Shown: positions 49,900-62,729, counted from the whole stretch's first letter. The stretch is 63,193 bases of DNA, filler included, from Octopus bimaculoides (GCF_001194135.2; 4 parts of 4 records of this genome joined end to end with filler, not necessarily neighbours in it); one strand, 5' to 3'. Program-made: numbers and translations. Notes: a model not told the origin generated them from the sequence alone.

Positions 49900-50300
49900 G
49901 GATTGTTTCAATTCATTTATCATCCATCACGATTGTATGACAAATAGCAAATATAACGATGGTTGGTGATTTATGCGAAAATTCAAAAGAACAGGTATTG
50001 TACAGCATATGGAATACACTATGCAATCTTTTAGAAATAGATGAAAGCACTGATATAACCAACCATGTTATGTTATGTACGTTTATTTAGTTGTTTCTGC
50101 TGCCATTATTTATGTTGTTTAAACATTATATAACAAATTCAGAGATCATTTTGAAAATAATTAATTCCAAGTTAAGACCAAACGAATATGTATCTGTAGC
50201 TACTGATGTGCCTTTGGCAATGATGGGTGTGCATACTTTTTGCTGTATTGGAGTGCATGAAGCACGTTTTATCTCTCAACTATAATACTTATTACATTAT
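49900..50300 (+). pseudogene. hAT (Charlie/Buster-like) transposase remnant
   Basis: LEIDESTDITN, VSVATDVPLAMMG and CIGVHEA correspond to the hAT LDESTD, TDGAPAMxG and HCxxHxE motifs; large deletions. Confidence 0.6.
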
Positions 50301-51059
50301 AAGCTCTGTTAACGCTTATGGAGAAAATGTTTCCAGTTTTCCTTACATGCTAACAGGTAATCACACGAGGGTAATATTTGTAACAATGCAAAGATTCAAC
50401 TTTTGCAGTTGAAATTCTGAGCATTAACTGTCAGTGAGAATAAATTTATGTTAAACGCGGCAGAAAAGCCGGTTGGTGAAGCATTGAAATTTCTTGTTCG
50501 AATTACTAATACAAAACGCTGCTATAAGAAAATAACGGTGGTGACTTAAATCAAAAACAAAGTATGAAATCAACTTCATGAAGGTTTTCGTTCTCCACAT
50601 AGCTAGAGAATTTGTTGGAATAACTTCAAAAGCAACCGTGTTTCAAATCAACAGTCACCTTATTTTATTGATAAAAGTGCAGAGTCTTCAAACGCGCGCG
50701 CGCGCGCGCATGTACTAGCATAGTGGAAATGACGGAGGCCAAGATTAATAACTACACGAAATGTCTTCGTGTCCCAGCTAGCCTCACTAATGTTGTTTTC
50801 TAATGTTGTCAAACAAAGATGAAGTTAACCTTAATCCTTTGTGGAAGAGTAGAAGACTAGAAAAGTAAAGCCCTTATGTATACTTGAGGATTCTGTAGAT
50901 AAGGGTGTTAGATAAATTCAACCTAAACTGAGAAATCAATGGGCAGGATCCAGGTGTAATAGATGGTGGTTAAATGCGAAAGGGAAATCAAAGAGAGATA
51001 TAGTAATTCAGAAAATGCACTTGGAGAGAAGATGCTGAGAGAATCCAGCGTTCATCCTC

Positions 51060-51880
51060 AGACCTGTATATTACACCTTACCTTCAAGTACAAACCTGAT
51101 AAAGTGGGGGAAATTAGATAACTTTGCGAAGACAAACAAATAGTGAAAGATACAAAGTGGCGCTAGCCTAAGGAATGTACACTTGTAGGTACACTCAAGA
51201 GATCTTACATATGATTTGTACTATGAGAGGGAAATTGCTGCTACCAAGAGCTCAATATTCTTCACGGTAGCGGGCAAAATAATGTGACCTGGAATAACTG
51301 TGCAAAATGACTCATAGGAGGAACATCTGCTGGATGGAGATGATCACTGCGAGCGCACAGTGTACCTTTCCAGAACGGAAAAAGTCATCCAGATATCTTC
51401 AGTTAGAGAAGTGTGAAACAGGATATTATACAGCACTCACTCTCATCGAATTCACTGTGCCACATGAAAGTAGAATGCAGAAAGCCCCCATCTACAGGTT
51501 TTCGAGCCAAAGTCCTTCCCATAGTGATGGAAAAAAGGGGATTTGTGGGCAAATATGCCAACGGTTTCATGAAACCGCTCTAAAATTTTGAGAAAAAGAG
51601 AAGCAGAGCTTAATGCAATGGCATAAGCAGCTGAAAAGAGTTGTAACTGGATCTTGTGAAGGGGGAACGGTAGTTAGCTTCAGAAGGCATAATTTACTGT
51701 GCCTTCAATTGGTGTCTTGAACCGATATAGTTATGGCATCTAAGATACTTTGGCTCTGGAGTATCTTGACCACCTAGAAATGTGTAGGTTGCAGAAGAGT
51801 ACTTAGGAGTCATGATCTGGATGCTGCCCGGGACCCTTAGAGGGTAAAAAGTTAAGGACCGAAACACCTGTGGGAAGGGG
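51060..51880 (+). mobile_element. Hero/NeSL-like RLE non-LTR retrotransposon 3' remnant
   Basis: YYTLPSSTNLIKWG, YKVALA*GMYTCR, LIEFTVPHESRM and PIVMEKRGFVG match the LPSPxNLxxWG / CKVALxxGRYTWRH / IELTVPWE / PIEVGxRGFVG pattern. Confidence 0.65.
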
Positions 51881-51944
51881 ACTTCTTTCTCTGCTGTACA
51901 GCTCTGATAGTATTTCTGCCTGTTATATCCTTACGCCTCCAATA

Positions 51945-52282
51945 CCGTAATATGGTTGATATTGTCGCCGATAGATGAAGAGTACAAAGTAACAGTGTTA
52001 TAACAATACAAAATAGAAACAGCGGCAGTAACAAACACGTAACAAACTAACAATCTTTTATGAACTAACAATCAGTATTTCCAACACACTAACTCGAAAT
52101 TGTACCTGAACTTCGAAGATCAAACTACGAACTGATTTCTTTTATTGAACACTCAGGCTTGATAAAGAGGGTGCAATACAAGGACAAACAACACAGCACA
52201 GTGGGGTACATACAACATATAACGAACGAATGAAATTTATGAATTATAATGAAGAAAATGAAAGATGAGATGTCTTACCTGC
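51945..52282 (-). mobile_element. Gypsy LTR (distal copy)
   Basis: Direct repeat of 57245-57470, including the shared block TAACAGTGTTATAACAATACAAAATAGAAACAGCGGCAGTAACAAACACGTAAC. A purine tract GGGGAGCAGG precedes it on the minus strand. Confidence 0.75.
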
Positions 52283-53218
52283 TCCCCACTCGCAGGCAGT
52301 GTCATTTAACTGTTTATGGATAACGTTTAAAAACAGTTCTTTTTTTCTTTTTGCATCTTTTATTCACTTTCTTTTTTTTTTCTCGCTAGATACTGCGTCA
52401 ATTCCTCGAATTCCACCAATGGTCGCAATTCATCAAATTGAACCTGTATTGGCATTGCCTCTAGTTTATCTCCAAATTGTTCTTTTAATTTCTCGCCTCT
52501 CACTCTATCAAGCAAGATGGCTTTGGAGTTTTAATTGAACTCTTTCGACGGTAATTTCACCCGAATTGCAAATTTTATATTTGTAATCCTCTTCTCAATC
52601 TCAACACTTTTTATATATTCTATCATATTCCATATATGTTTTTCCCCTCTGTAATCCTTCCTGTCCTCCATTATTGGTCTCCTCCGATGTTACTGGTATT
52701 GATACCTCTTTCTTCTCTGTAGCTTTTTCAATAGAAGCTGCTGGTATCTCCCGTCTTTCTTTCTTTCGCTTCTGCAACTTCATTTTCTCCTCTCTTCGTG
52801 TTGCTGGTCTCTCACACTGAGCTTCCTCTGCATTTTCTTTTCTCTTCTTCAGCGGACTTTTTGGTGGTGAGTCCGCTGTGGAATTGCTGCTATACACGTT
52901 TTGTAATGTAGTCGGTACTACAACTCTGTGCATACATCAGAATATCGTCACATATTGAGAAACTACTCGAATTTGTATTTTTATTCTGCTTATTTTTTGA
53001 TGCCTCTTTCATTTTTGTAACACTCATCGCATACAGATTTCATTCTTATATCCTGTGCAATCACTGGCAGTTCTTCGATAACGTTAGTCATAATACTTTC
53101 TATTTCATTTTCTGCCTGCAGTGCGGCTATCACGGTATCTTTTAATGGTTCCGTATTTTGGGGAATTAGTCTTGATAGACAGTCTGCATGGCCAATTTTT
53201 TACCTAATGAATATACTG

Positions 53219-54665
53219 TACATCTGTTTTATTGACTCTGTCTAGCATGAAGAGTTGGTGAGAATGCTGGAAGAACTCGAGATTGATGGGAAAGATCTAA
53301 GAATGATTCGAAATTTGTATTGGAACCAGAAAGCAGCTATCAGAGTGCAGGGAGAATTGGGCGACTGGATTGACATTTAGAAAGGCGTCCGGCAGGGTTG
53401 TATTTTGTCACCTGATTTATTCAACCCGTATAGTGAGAAAGTGGTGATAAAGTGAGGGCGCATGCCTCAGTGGTTAGAGCGTCGAGCTTACGATCGTGAG
53501 GTTGAGTTTGAATCCCGGACCGGGCTGTGTGTTGTGTTCTTGAGCAAGACACTTTATTTCACGTTGCTCAGGTTCACTCAGCTGTAGAAATGAGTTGTGA
53601 CGTCACGGGTGCCAAGCTGTATCGGCCCTTTTGCCTTTCCCTTGAATAACACTGGTGGCGTGGAGAGGGAAAACGGTATGCATGGGCGACTGCTAGTCTT
53701 CCATAAACAACCTTGCCCGGACTTGTGCCTGGGAGGGTAACTTTCTAGGTGCAATCCCATGGTTAGTCATGACCGAAGGAGGTCTCAGCACAGTGAGAAA
53801 GCTCTAAGCAAGATCAAGACAATTGCAGGGCTACAACTGGGGGAAAGGAATTATAACAATCTGAGGTACGCAGACGATACGGCTTTATTTGCGAACACGG
53901 AAGAGAAGCTTCAGGGATTGATTAATATCGTGACTGAGGAGAGTAGAAAGCTTGGATTGACGGTTAACTGCCAGAAAACCTTCTCAACAGTCTGTACCAA
54001 GAAACACAGGTACCTGCATGTCGCTTGACGGTGAATAGAACTGGGATAGAGCAGAAGGACAGTTTCATATATCTGGGAAGTTGGATAACATCAGATGGAA
54101 GGTCAGACAAGGACATCAAGTGCAGAATTGGATTAGAAAAGAAGGCTTTTATGGATATGAGGACGCATTTTTTTTGTGCAAAGAGAATTGGAATGGAAGT
54201 CAAGAAAAGACTATTGAAATGCTATATCTGGTCGGTGCTAACGTATGGATGTGAGTCTAGGACGATAAGGAGTCATGGAGAAGAGACTCAAAGCTGCAGA
54301 AATGTGGTTTTATAGAAAAATGCTTAGATTCTCGTGGGTACAGAGGGTGACGAATGTGGAAGTGCTAAAGAAGATGAAAGTGAGGAGACAGTTGATGAAT
54401 AATATCAGAGAGAGAAGTAAGGATGTGTTGGTCATTTTCTCAGAGAGGAAGACGGATAGAACATTACATGGTGGAGACTGAACTGGTGGGAAGGAGAGCG
54501 AGAGGAAGGCAGAGAATGAAGATGTTCGACCGGATGAAGAGTATGAACATGCAGAACGAGAAAGACCTGGGTAATGTTGCGAGAGACAGAAATAAATGGA
54601 GGAGGAACAGGCCATGATTCGTCAACGGCATGAATATGCCATGACCCAAGAGAGAGAGAGAGAGG
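53219..54665 (+). mobile_element. RTE-clade LINE, 5'-truncated, inserted in the Gypsy element
   Basis: KGVRQGCILSPDLFN, NNLRYADDTAL, FIYLGSWITSDG, LTYGCES and AAEMWFYRKMLR; (GA)n tail; 10-bp TSD GAATATACTG (53209-53218 and 54666-54675). Confidence 0.93.
53442..53791 (+). mobile_element. SINE family A inserted in the RTE
   Basis: A-box, B-box and core as at 15663; 10-bp TSD AGTGAGAAAG (53432-53441 and 53792-53801). Confidence 0.93.
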
Positions 54666-57244
54666 GAATATACTGCATTTTGAAATTGTAATTTAGTAAT
54701 ATTACATCCCAACGTTGTAGTCGGTTCGCTGTATGGGTAGGTAACCCTGTCTTTGACCCATAAATTGATAGCAATAGTCGATGATCTGTTTGTAACAGAA
54801 AACTTCTACCATGTAGAAACCTGTGAAATTTTTCACAGCAAAGATAATTGATAGGGTATCTTTTTCTATCTGATTGTATTTTTTCTCTGCCGCTATCAGC
54901 GGGTGCGAAACATGAATCACTGGTTTCGTACTTCGATCCTGATACTTGTGTAGCAAAACTGTTCCAATTCCATACTCCGAAGTATCAGACGCTACAACAA
55001 TGTTCATTTCAGGAACGAAACATGCCAGAGACAAATTAGAATTTTTTTATTTCTTCAAACACGTTTTTGGCATTTAACCGACCAATTCGACTTGCCTTTT
55101 TTAATAAGCCATTCAATGGAGCTCTTAATTAGTGCACCTTAGAAATTTGGTATTAGTTTGCCAGCCCAAGAAACGACTGTAATGTTGGTATATTTGTCGG
55201 GGCAGGCATATTCTTTATTGCGTCTGCCCTCGACGGGTCAGGCAGTCTACTATTTTTATTAAGTATTTGCCCTAAGTGCCTTAATTTGAGGCAAAAAGAA
55301 TTCGCATTTTTCTTCACTCAAAGTGAACCCGTACTCTTTAACTTACTTGAACACAGCTTTTATATGCTCCACATGCTGTTCACGCGAATTACTCTTAATA
55401 TATCGTCCAAATAAGGGATTGCAAATTCATAATCAGATAACATAGCGTCCATGATTTGCTGAAATATAGCCGGTGCAACCTTTAATCCAATCCTCTATGT
55501 GTATTTATTATTAGATACTTTGAGCATGTGTCATTTACTTTAATCTGTAAATAAATGTCAGACAGATCTAATTTGGAGAAAATTTTTCCACCATTTAATT
55601 TTGCGAAAATGTCCTCTGAAGTCGGGAGGTGATGGTGGCACGTGTATGCAGTCGTTCAGTCCTGTAGAGAAATCGGCACACAGCCTAATATTATTTTTCT
55701 TTTTAATGCACACCATGGGTGCTGTCCACTTAGAGTAATCCATCTTTTTGACGCTTCCACTCTTTTCCAGTCTGTCCAACTCTTCATTTACGATTTCAAT
55801 TGCCTCGAACAGTACTTTTCTGTTAAATTTAAATACAGACACAGCGTTTTCACTTTCTTGAAAGCAGGCTTCAGTCTTTTTACATGGACCTAAACCCTCC
55901 GATAGTACTTGAGGAAACATCTTTTTCAATTTTCTTTACAATTCCTCAAACGATTTATTTTTAACAGGACAATCATTTATGTTTTTGCAGTAGAAGCTTA
56001 TGAGGAGGTGCCATAAGTCAAATAACTCCAACCAATCTGTACCAAACAGATTGATTGTATTCTCCACAATAAATATTTTTGCTTCACGTGTTTCTCCTCG
56101 AAATGTGACGTCTGTACACATTTCGCCCGTGAAATGTAATTTATTGACCGTCATGCCACGCGCAATTTTCGCTGTTTTACGTGACCTCAGTTTCTCGATT
56201 TTTCTACATGTATCCGCAATTATGATTGAAATATGACTACCCGTATCCAACTGAATTTTCTTGTTTTTGTGTCGTATTCAATTTCTGCTGAAAACACCTT
56301 ACAACTTTTTGCGTTCGCACCTCGTAATCTTGTCCTGCAGTGTGAGCTCTTCTGACCAAGTTTCTGACAACTATAGCATTTTCGGTTTTTAAACGGACAT
56401 TCTTTTCTGAAGTGTAGGCCTCCACATCCATAACATGGATTGGAGCCTGACATTCTTTTTTGGTTGTACTTTCCGGGTCGACACATCTGTGTTTTTGCGG
56501 AATCTTTCTCTACAACTTTTTTCACGTCGTGCTTCACGTTTACCGTTGTTTGTCATTCTTCTGCAATGTCCCGTAGGGTTAAGTTTTGGTTTGCTTGCTC
56601 CATTTTTGAGAGAATCCTTGCCCGAATTTCTTTATACTCGGTTGCCGTAAGGCCTTGTACGAAGATAAGGGATTTAAGCATATCCTGTGTGAGTTCCTGA
56701 AGTTTAAAGTTTTCACACATACGGTTGACTACTCCGGCGTATGTAATAAAGTTGTCGTTGTCATTTTTTATTAAGCTCCAACACTGCATTCGAGTGTTAA
56801 ATAATGAACTTTGTCACAAAAGATCTTTGATAGTAATACAATAGTTTCTTGGAAAGAAATCTCACTCGACTTTTTAGGCAATACAGTAGCGTCCATGCTC
56901 GGCCGGAGCTACCTTGCGTAGAAATAGCCTCACTTTCTCCCCATCCGACCATTACTTGCAATCTTTGTTAAAAATTTCCTTGCACCTTCCATAGTACGCA
57001 GGAAACGTAATACCCTCCTCCGGATTATAAGTGAATTCAGAAATCGAGATCGCCACGCCGGCTGGCGTAAATGAACTAACCGAATTTTTGAACTGCCTTG
57101 ATTGCAACTCAGTTAACTGTTGTTGTAATATTTGCTTCTGCAACTCCTATAGTTGTTGCTGTTGCTTCTCTTGAAGTTGTATTATTGTATGACGCACAAA
57201 TTGTCAAATAAACTAGGTGAGCTTCGAAAAGTCCTCGTCGCCTC

Positions 57245-57470
57245 CAATATCGTAGTGCGGTTGATATTATCGACGATTGATAAAGAATACACTAACAGTG
57301 TTATAACAATACAAAATAGAAACAGCGGCAGTAACAAACACGTAACGAACCAACGATCAACACACTAATTCAAACTATACCTGGACTTCGAAGACCAAAC
57401 TGCGAACTTCATTCTTTATTATGATAATAATATCAAATACAGAAAGGACAATACAGGACATTACAAAACA
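57245..57470 (-). mobile_element. Gypsy LTR (5' copy, probably truncated)
   Basis: Homologous to 51945-52200 and adjacent to the PBS-like motif and gag. Confidence 0.78.
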
Positions 57471-57499
57471 AATAAAGCGTTTATGAGTTCTTATTTTAT

Positions 57500-58274
57500 A
57501 TTGTTCTTAAATATATATGAAGGGTGAATTTTAAGATTTTTACAGTTTTTACTTTTTCGTTTTTTTCCTTTTATGTTTACAATTTTTATATTACAAAATT
57601 CTGGTTTAGCCCGTAGTAATCTAGTCTAACGGCTAACCCTTGTCTTTTTACCCAGTAAGATTAAGTAGGGTCATTCACACCCAACTTACTTCTATCTTTT
57701 CTCGAACATACTTCACGACAGGTGTCCCCACTCCAGCCCTATCTTGCTCTTCAGATGATATCTGAAGTAGTACAGCAAACCAGGGCCGGTGATGAAGGCT
57801 CCCGTCACGATTCCTTTCAATCTCGTTCTCCATATACATTCTTTCACAACAGCACCTGTGCATAATACACATGCCTCACCTTCCTTTGTCAGTCCGAGTG
57901 GCAGTACAATCTTAACCATGCACTCAGCTGGTAGCTGTACTCTTCCTAGATGCGACAGCACGAGTTCTACATAAACTACCAGGCCTGAAATCTCCGGACA
58001 CTGAACAAGGGCGTGCAGAATGGTTTCATCATCCTGCTCGCACCTTGGGTATACCGATGGCACAGACACCTCCTGTCTGGACAGTTTATCCTGAACAGGT
58101 AGAGCACCCCAATAGCACTGCCAAGTCAGGGATTTCTGGTAATTATCCAGGTACCCCGACCCGAAAGTTTTTTTAAACAGGTTGTGGACCGTCTCCCAAA
58201 TTCTTCAACTTCCTCAGCAATGGCTCGAGAGCCAGTGCATACAGGAGCAGAGACAGGGGACACCCCTGACGAAC
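57500..58274 (-). mobile_element. Tx1/L1-clade LINE 3' portion with large internal deletion
   Basis: VRQGCPLSLLLYALALEPLLRKL is joined to LTWQCYWGALPVQDKL and YPRCEQDDETILHALVQC (terminal CCHC-type motif), followed by an A-rich 3' end. Confidence 0.85.
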
Positions 58275-59413
58275 NNNNNNNNNNNNNNNNNNNNNNNNNN
58301 NNNNNNNNNNNNNNNNNNTTAATTAATTAANNNNNNNNNNNNNNNNNNNNNNNNNNNNNNNNNNNNNNNNNNNNAATTAGGGTTCTCAAAACCTGAAAGA
58401 AAAAGGCTGATTAGAAGACTACAGATTCAAGCCATCAATGGAACTGTAAAGATATGTAAAACTTTCCAAAAATTTAGCACATAAATACATATGCATGCAT
58501 CTAGACATAAAAACGCATCCATAAAAAAAACATACAAATCTGCGCATACACTAACACCAAATACTGCACACACACAGATATGCACAAATACCTAGATGAT
58601 GTTGATAAAAGTTCCAATGAAGGAGCCTTGAATCTATGTTGGAGTCCGGCTCTTTCTCTATGGACAAGAAATACAGAAAAGAAACTGATTGATATACATA
58701 CATACATACATACATACATACATACATACATGCATACATACATACGCACAACGTACCTACGTACTTACGTACATACATACGTATATACTCTTAGCGAAAG
58801 ATCATGAACTGATAAGTAAAAATAGTTGTGTGGACCTTTATATAGAGATCAACCCAATGTGGTCTCCACCTGGCGAAATCAGAACATAACAGATTTTTAA
58901 CCTTCTCAGACCTGGGCCGCTGCGTTTAACTTTATCCGCCAGCAGAGGGTCCTGGGCAAAAAAAATAAATAGTTACATATACAACTCAAGAGTAACTATT
59001 GCAGACCAGCTATTGGACAGAATCACAAGAAAATAAATTCAAGAGAATACCAATAAGCCATTCTTTCAACTACCATAATCGTTAGGCCGACTAATGGACA
59101 GAATCGCAAAAAGAAAAACATTCAGGTGAACAACAATAATAGGCCTATCTCTCAACTGCTGCCTTTGTTCACCGAATCTCTACTTTTCTCATTACTGTCA
59201 CCATTTTGATTGTCCGAATGACTCGCTTTACCAACGTAAGTGTAAATTCACGGTCCAAAGAATTAATATCATTTATAATTTCCTCAACTGCAAAGAGTCT
59301 AGGTCTTGCTTGTTTATAAGACGAAGTGCTGGGTTCATCACAGGCCTGCTTCATCGCAAAATAGTTTAGGAGAGTATTGTAGTTCGCTTGAAGCATTGTG
59401 TATTGTTTGTAAC

Positions 59414-59600
59414 GAATAAAAAGTTTAGAATGGTACAACAATGCACTATAGAACAAAAAATGGACTATATACCTGTTGTAATTGAAGAAGGAATTGTAAT
59501 TCCGAAATATCATCGGACTATAGATCACCAAATTACAACAGGTATATAGTCCATTTTTTGTTCTATAATGCATTGTTGTACCATTCTAAACTTTTTATTC
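59414..59600. repeat. 70-bp near-perfect inverted repeat with 47-nt loop
   Basis: 59414-59483 and 59531-59600 are reverse complements with a single mismatch (C59446 opposite A59568). Confidence 0.92.
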
Positions 59601-60454
59601 TTTGCAAAATAGTTTGTTTTCTTTTGGTGGGTACTTTTTTTTTTATTACAAACAAAAGCATACAACAGTTGTGGGTGACACCATTAACAATATGTCATAA
59701 ACATACTTGACGACAAAGCTGCAAAGTGATCAGTTGTTTTAATTTTAGTATTTTGTCTTCTTTTTTCTCCGTGTCTTGTTCATTACCATTTTAACAGGAT
59801 TCTGACAGAGATGACACTTAAGCATTTCTTCCTATAGCAAGAACACGGTTTGACAGGGTTAAAGGGAGCATGTCAGAGTCACTTCCAAAAAGCGCCAAAG
59901 CAAAGGTAACATAGAAATAAATATTGTATGTACCAAGTATCTGGTTCAACACTTTATCTAACATCAGGTTTCAACAAATATTGCCCGAGATACAAATAAC
60001 CAGTTTCTATGTAGACAAAATTGAACCCTACCCTGACCTAAGAAATTATATCTAGGTACACACAAACGTATGATTAATCTTTCATGCGAAATGGCTTTCC
60101 TCGGGGCCACTGACAGTTATACAAACGCAGACGCAAGCCTAAAGTAATTTAGAGATAACTACATACAACTCAATCGCTAAATGCGACATAAAGTTCTCGC
60201 TCCAAAAAGAGGAAAATCCTGTGAGCCAATTCATGGTTCAGGAGGAAAGTTTTAATTTACGTGAAGAAACAAATATTGACTCTTTCACAAAGACAATAAA
60301 CCTCGAAATTATTCAACATCAATAATATAAAAGCCAGCTATTCTACAAACCCCATACATAGGGAAAATCATTTTGTGACATAACATTAAGTTTCTTCAAT
60401 ACAATCCCGTCAGTGTAAACAAAAGTGAAAACAACTGCAGTTATAAATACATGT

Positions 60455-60725
<271 letters not shown>

Positions 60726-61106
60726 GTGTCGCTAACAAAGTGACAAGACTTTAAAATATCTGGTTGGGTCAGAGTTTGCATACATGTAAGTGTATGCACC
60801 AGTACTCAGGTTCGGTTCCGTGTGAACTTGTTTCTTTAGTATTTTGATGTTTGTGCAATTGTCTGTGTGTGCATGTGACTGAATCATTAGTTTTTACCTG
60901 TGTGTCCTTGCAGACGCTCACAATCAAGTGTGAGTATAAATTCATTTAAGGAATTTTATGTGGAGAATCTTTAGAATGTCTAACGAGTTTATATGTTGCC
61001 TATTAATTGGATTTGGAAGATGCAAGTTATTTTCTTTTATCCGCTTTTATGTACGCATATATTTATGTGTGTATGTATGATGTTTCTTTGAGCTTTATTT
61101 AAATTC

Positions 61107-61262
61107 TTCCTGAGAAACGTCGCAACTCATTTCTGCAGCTGAGTGAGCTAGAGCAACGTGAAATAAAATGTCCTTGCTCAAGAACACAACACACAGCCCG
61201 GTCAGGGAATCGAACTCACTATCTCATGATTGTAAGTCCGACACTCTAACCACTGAGCCATG
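61107..61262 (-). mobile_element. SINE family A 5' half
   Basis: CGTCGCAACTCATTTCTGCAGCTGAGTG..TGCTCAAGAACACAAC..CTCTAACCACTGAGCCATGCG. Confidence 0.85.
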
Positions 61263-61944
61263 CGTATGTATGTATGTATGTATGTATGTATGTATGTATG
61301 TATGTATAAATATATGTAAAATTCTAGAAACTCTATTAAGAAATTCTATTCAAACAGCTCTGATGGTTCTTTTATTTGTTTGTCTTCTATGTTTTTTTTC
61401 TTTTTTCTTTATCTTTCTATTTGCGCGTGTGTGTACGTCTCATGTACTACCATTCGATGCTGTCCTTTTGGCTTATGCATATGGTTCTATCTGTTGTTTT
61501 CACATTAGACATATACCAGAAACTCCAGTATAGTGTATGCGTGTATGTGCGAATGAGAATGTGCATATCTCTCTCTCCCTCTCTCTGTCTCTCTCTCTGT
61601 CTCTCTCTCTGTCTCTCTCTCTCTCTTTCTTTCTCTCTTACACACACACGCATACACACACACACTCATACACACATATGTATATATGCATGCATGTCTA
61701 TATATACACAAACATACATGCAAATACATACATGCATATATATATATATGTATGTTTGTGTATATTTGTGTATATTGTGGATATATATATATATATATAN
61801 NNNNNNNNNNNNNNNNNNNNNNNNNNNNNNNNNNNNNNNNNNNNNNNNNNNNNNNNNNNNNNNNNNNNNNNNNNNNNNNNNNNNNNNNNNNNNNNNNNNN
61901 NNNNNNNNNNNNNNNNNNNNNNNNNNNNNNNNATATATGGTCGT

Positions 61945-62105
61945 AGGCAGAGCTTAGTGGTTAAGAAAGCTGCTTACCCACCTTCAGGTTTCGCGTTCGA
62001 TCGCACGGTGCGAAATCTTGGACAAGTGCCAAACACCTTTACCATAACCTCGAGATGACCCAATCATTGTGAGTAAATTTCAGTAGACAGGTAACTCTAG
62101 AGAAT
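61945..62105 (+). mobile_element. Degenerate SINE family B 5' half
   Basis: GTGGTTAAGAAAGCTGC..GTTCGATCGCACGGTGCG..TTGTGAGTAAATTTCAGTAGAC. Confidence 0.55.
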
Positions 62106-62289
62106 TGCACCTGTAATTAAGCAGACTTATCTTGTTGTCACACTGCGTGACACTAATTCGGTTTGACAATCTTCTAAAAGATACACCCGGCTCTCAACCA
62201 CTTCACACGCTAACGCAATGAGTAGCTTGTCCAGTTGATCGAACTCTTGTACGATCTCACGTCGAAGGATTCAACGGGAGAATTCATCT

Positions 62290-62346
<57 letters not shown>

Positions 62347-62381
62347 CTGATTGATTTATGTGTATTTATATATATATATTA

Positions 62382-62722
62382 CGGAGATGTACTTGCATAG
62401 CAAGCGACCTGATCTCAGATCGTGTGCTGGAACGAAAACAATTGCAGCGTGGAAGGTGTTTATAAGCCATTTAAGAAACACACAAAAACCGTTAGATTCA
62501 CTTCAACATTTAAATTTAATTTGCCAGGTCGCGCTTCGAAGTCGCGCTTTGAGACCGTTACCTGTACGCTAACAAAATTCTGTGCTGCATCTCGGAATTT
62601 TGTCAGTGAACAGGTCGCGGTTTCAAAGCGACGAAAATATTTTGGCAAATAAAATTTAAATGTTGAAGTGAATCTAACGGTTTTTGTGTGTTTCTTAAAT
62701 GGCTTATAAACACCTTCCATGC
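62382..62722. mobile_element. Fold-back DNA element (same family as 32187)
   Basis: The 80-bp arms 62447-62526 and 62643-62722 have about 2 mismatches, which explains the identical peptides on both strands in the ORF track. Confidence 0.88.
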
Positions 62723-62729
62723 TCTATGC

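Larger units (their letters stand above)
52870..57244 (-). mobile_element. Ty3/Gypsy (Mag-like) internal region, degenerate gag-pol
   Basis: Tandem zinc knuckles CYGCGGLHFRKEC and CYSCQKLGQKSSHC, protease LDTGSHISII, RT WTAPMV..RLCADFSTGLN and FQQIMD..PYLDDIL, RNase H ASDTSEYGIG..QTDHR, then GHADCLSRLIP and RVVVP..FHSG. A PBS-like TTGGAGGCGACGAGG lies at about 57233-57247. The integrase core is absent. Confidence 0.92.

Noticed and set aside
51820-51880. Hammerhead-like GACCGAAACACC in the Hero 3' UTR
   Set aside because: No CTGANGA core or supporting stems could be found nearby.
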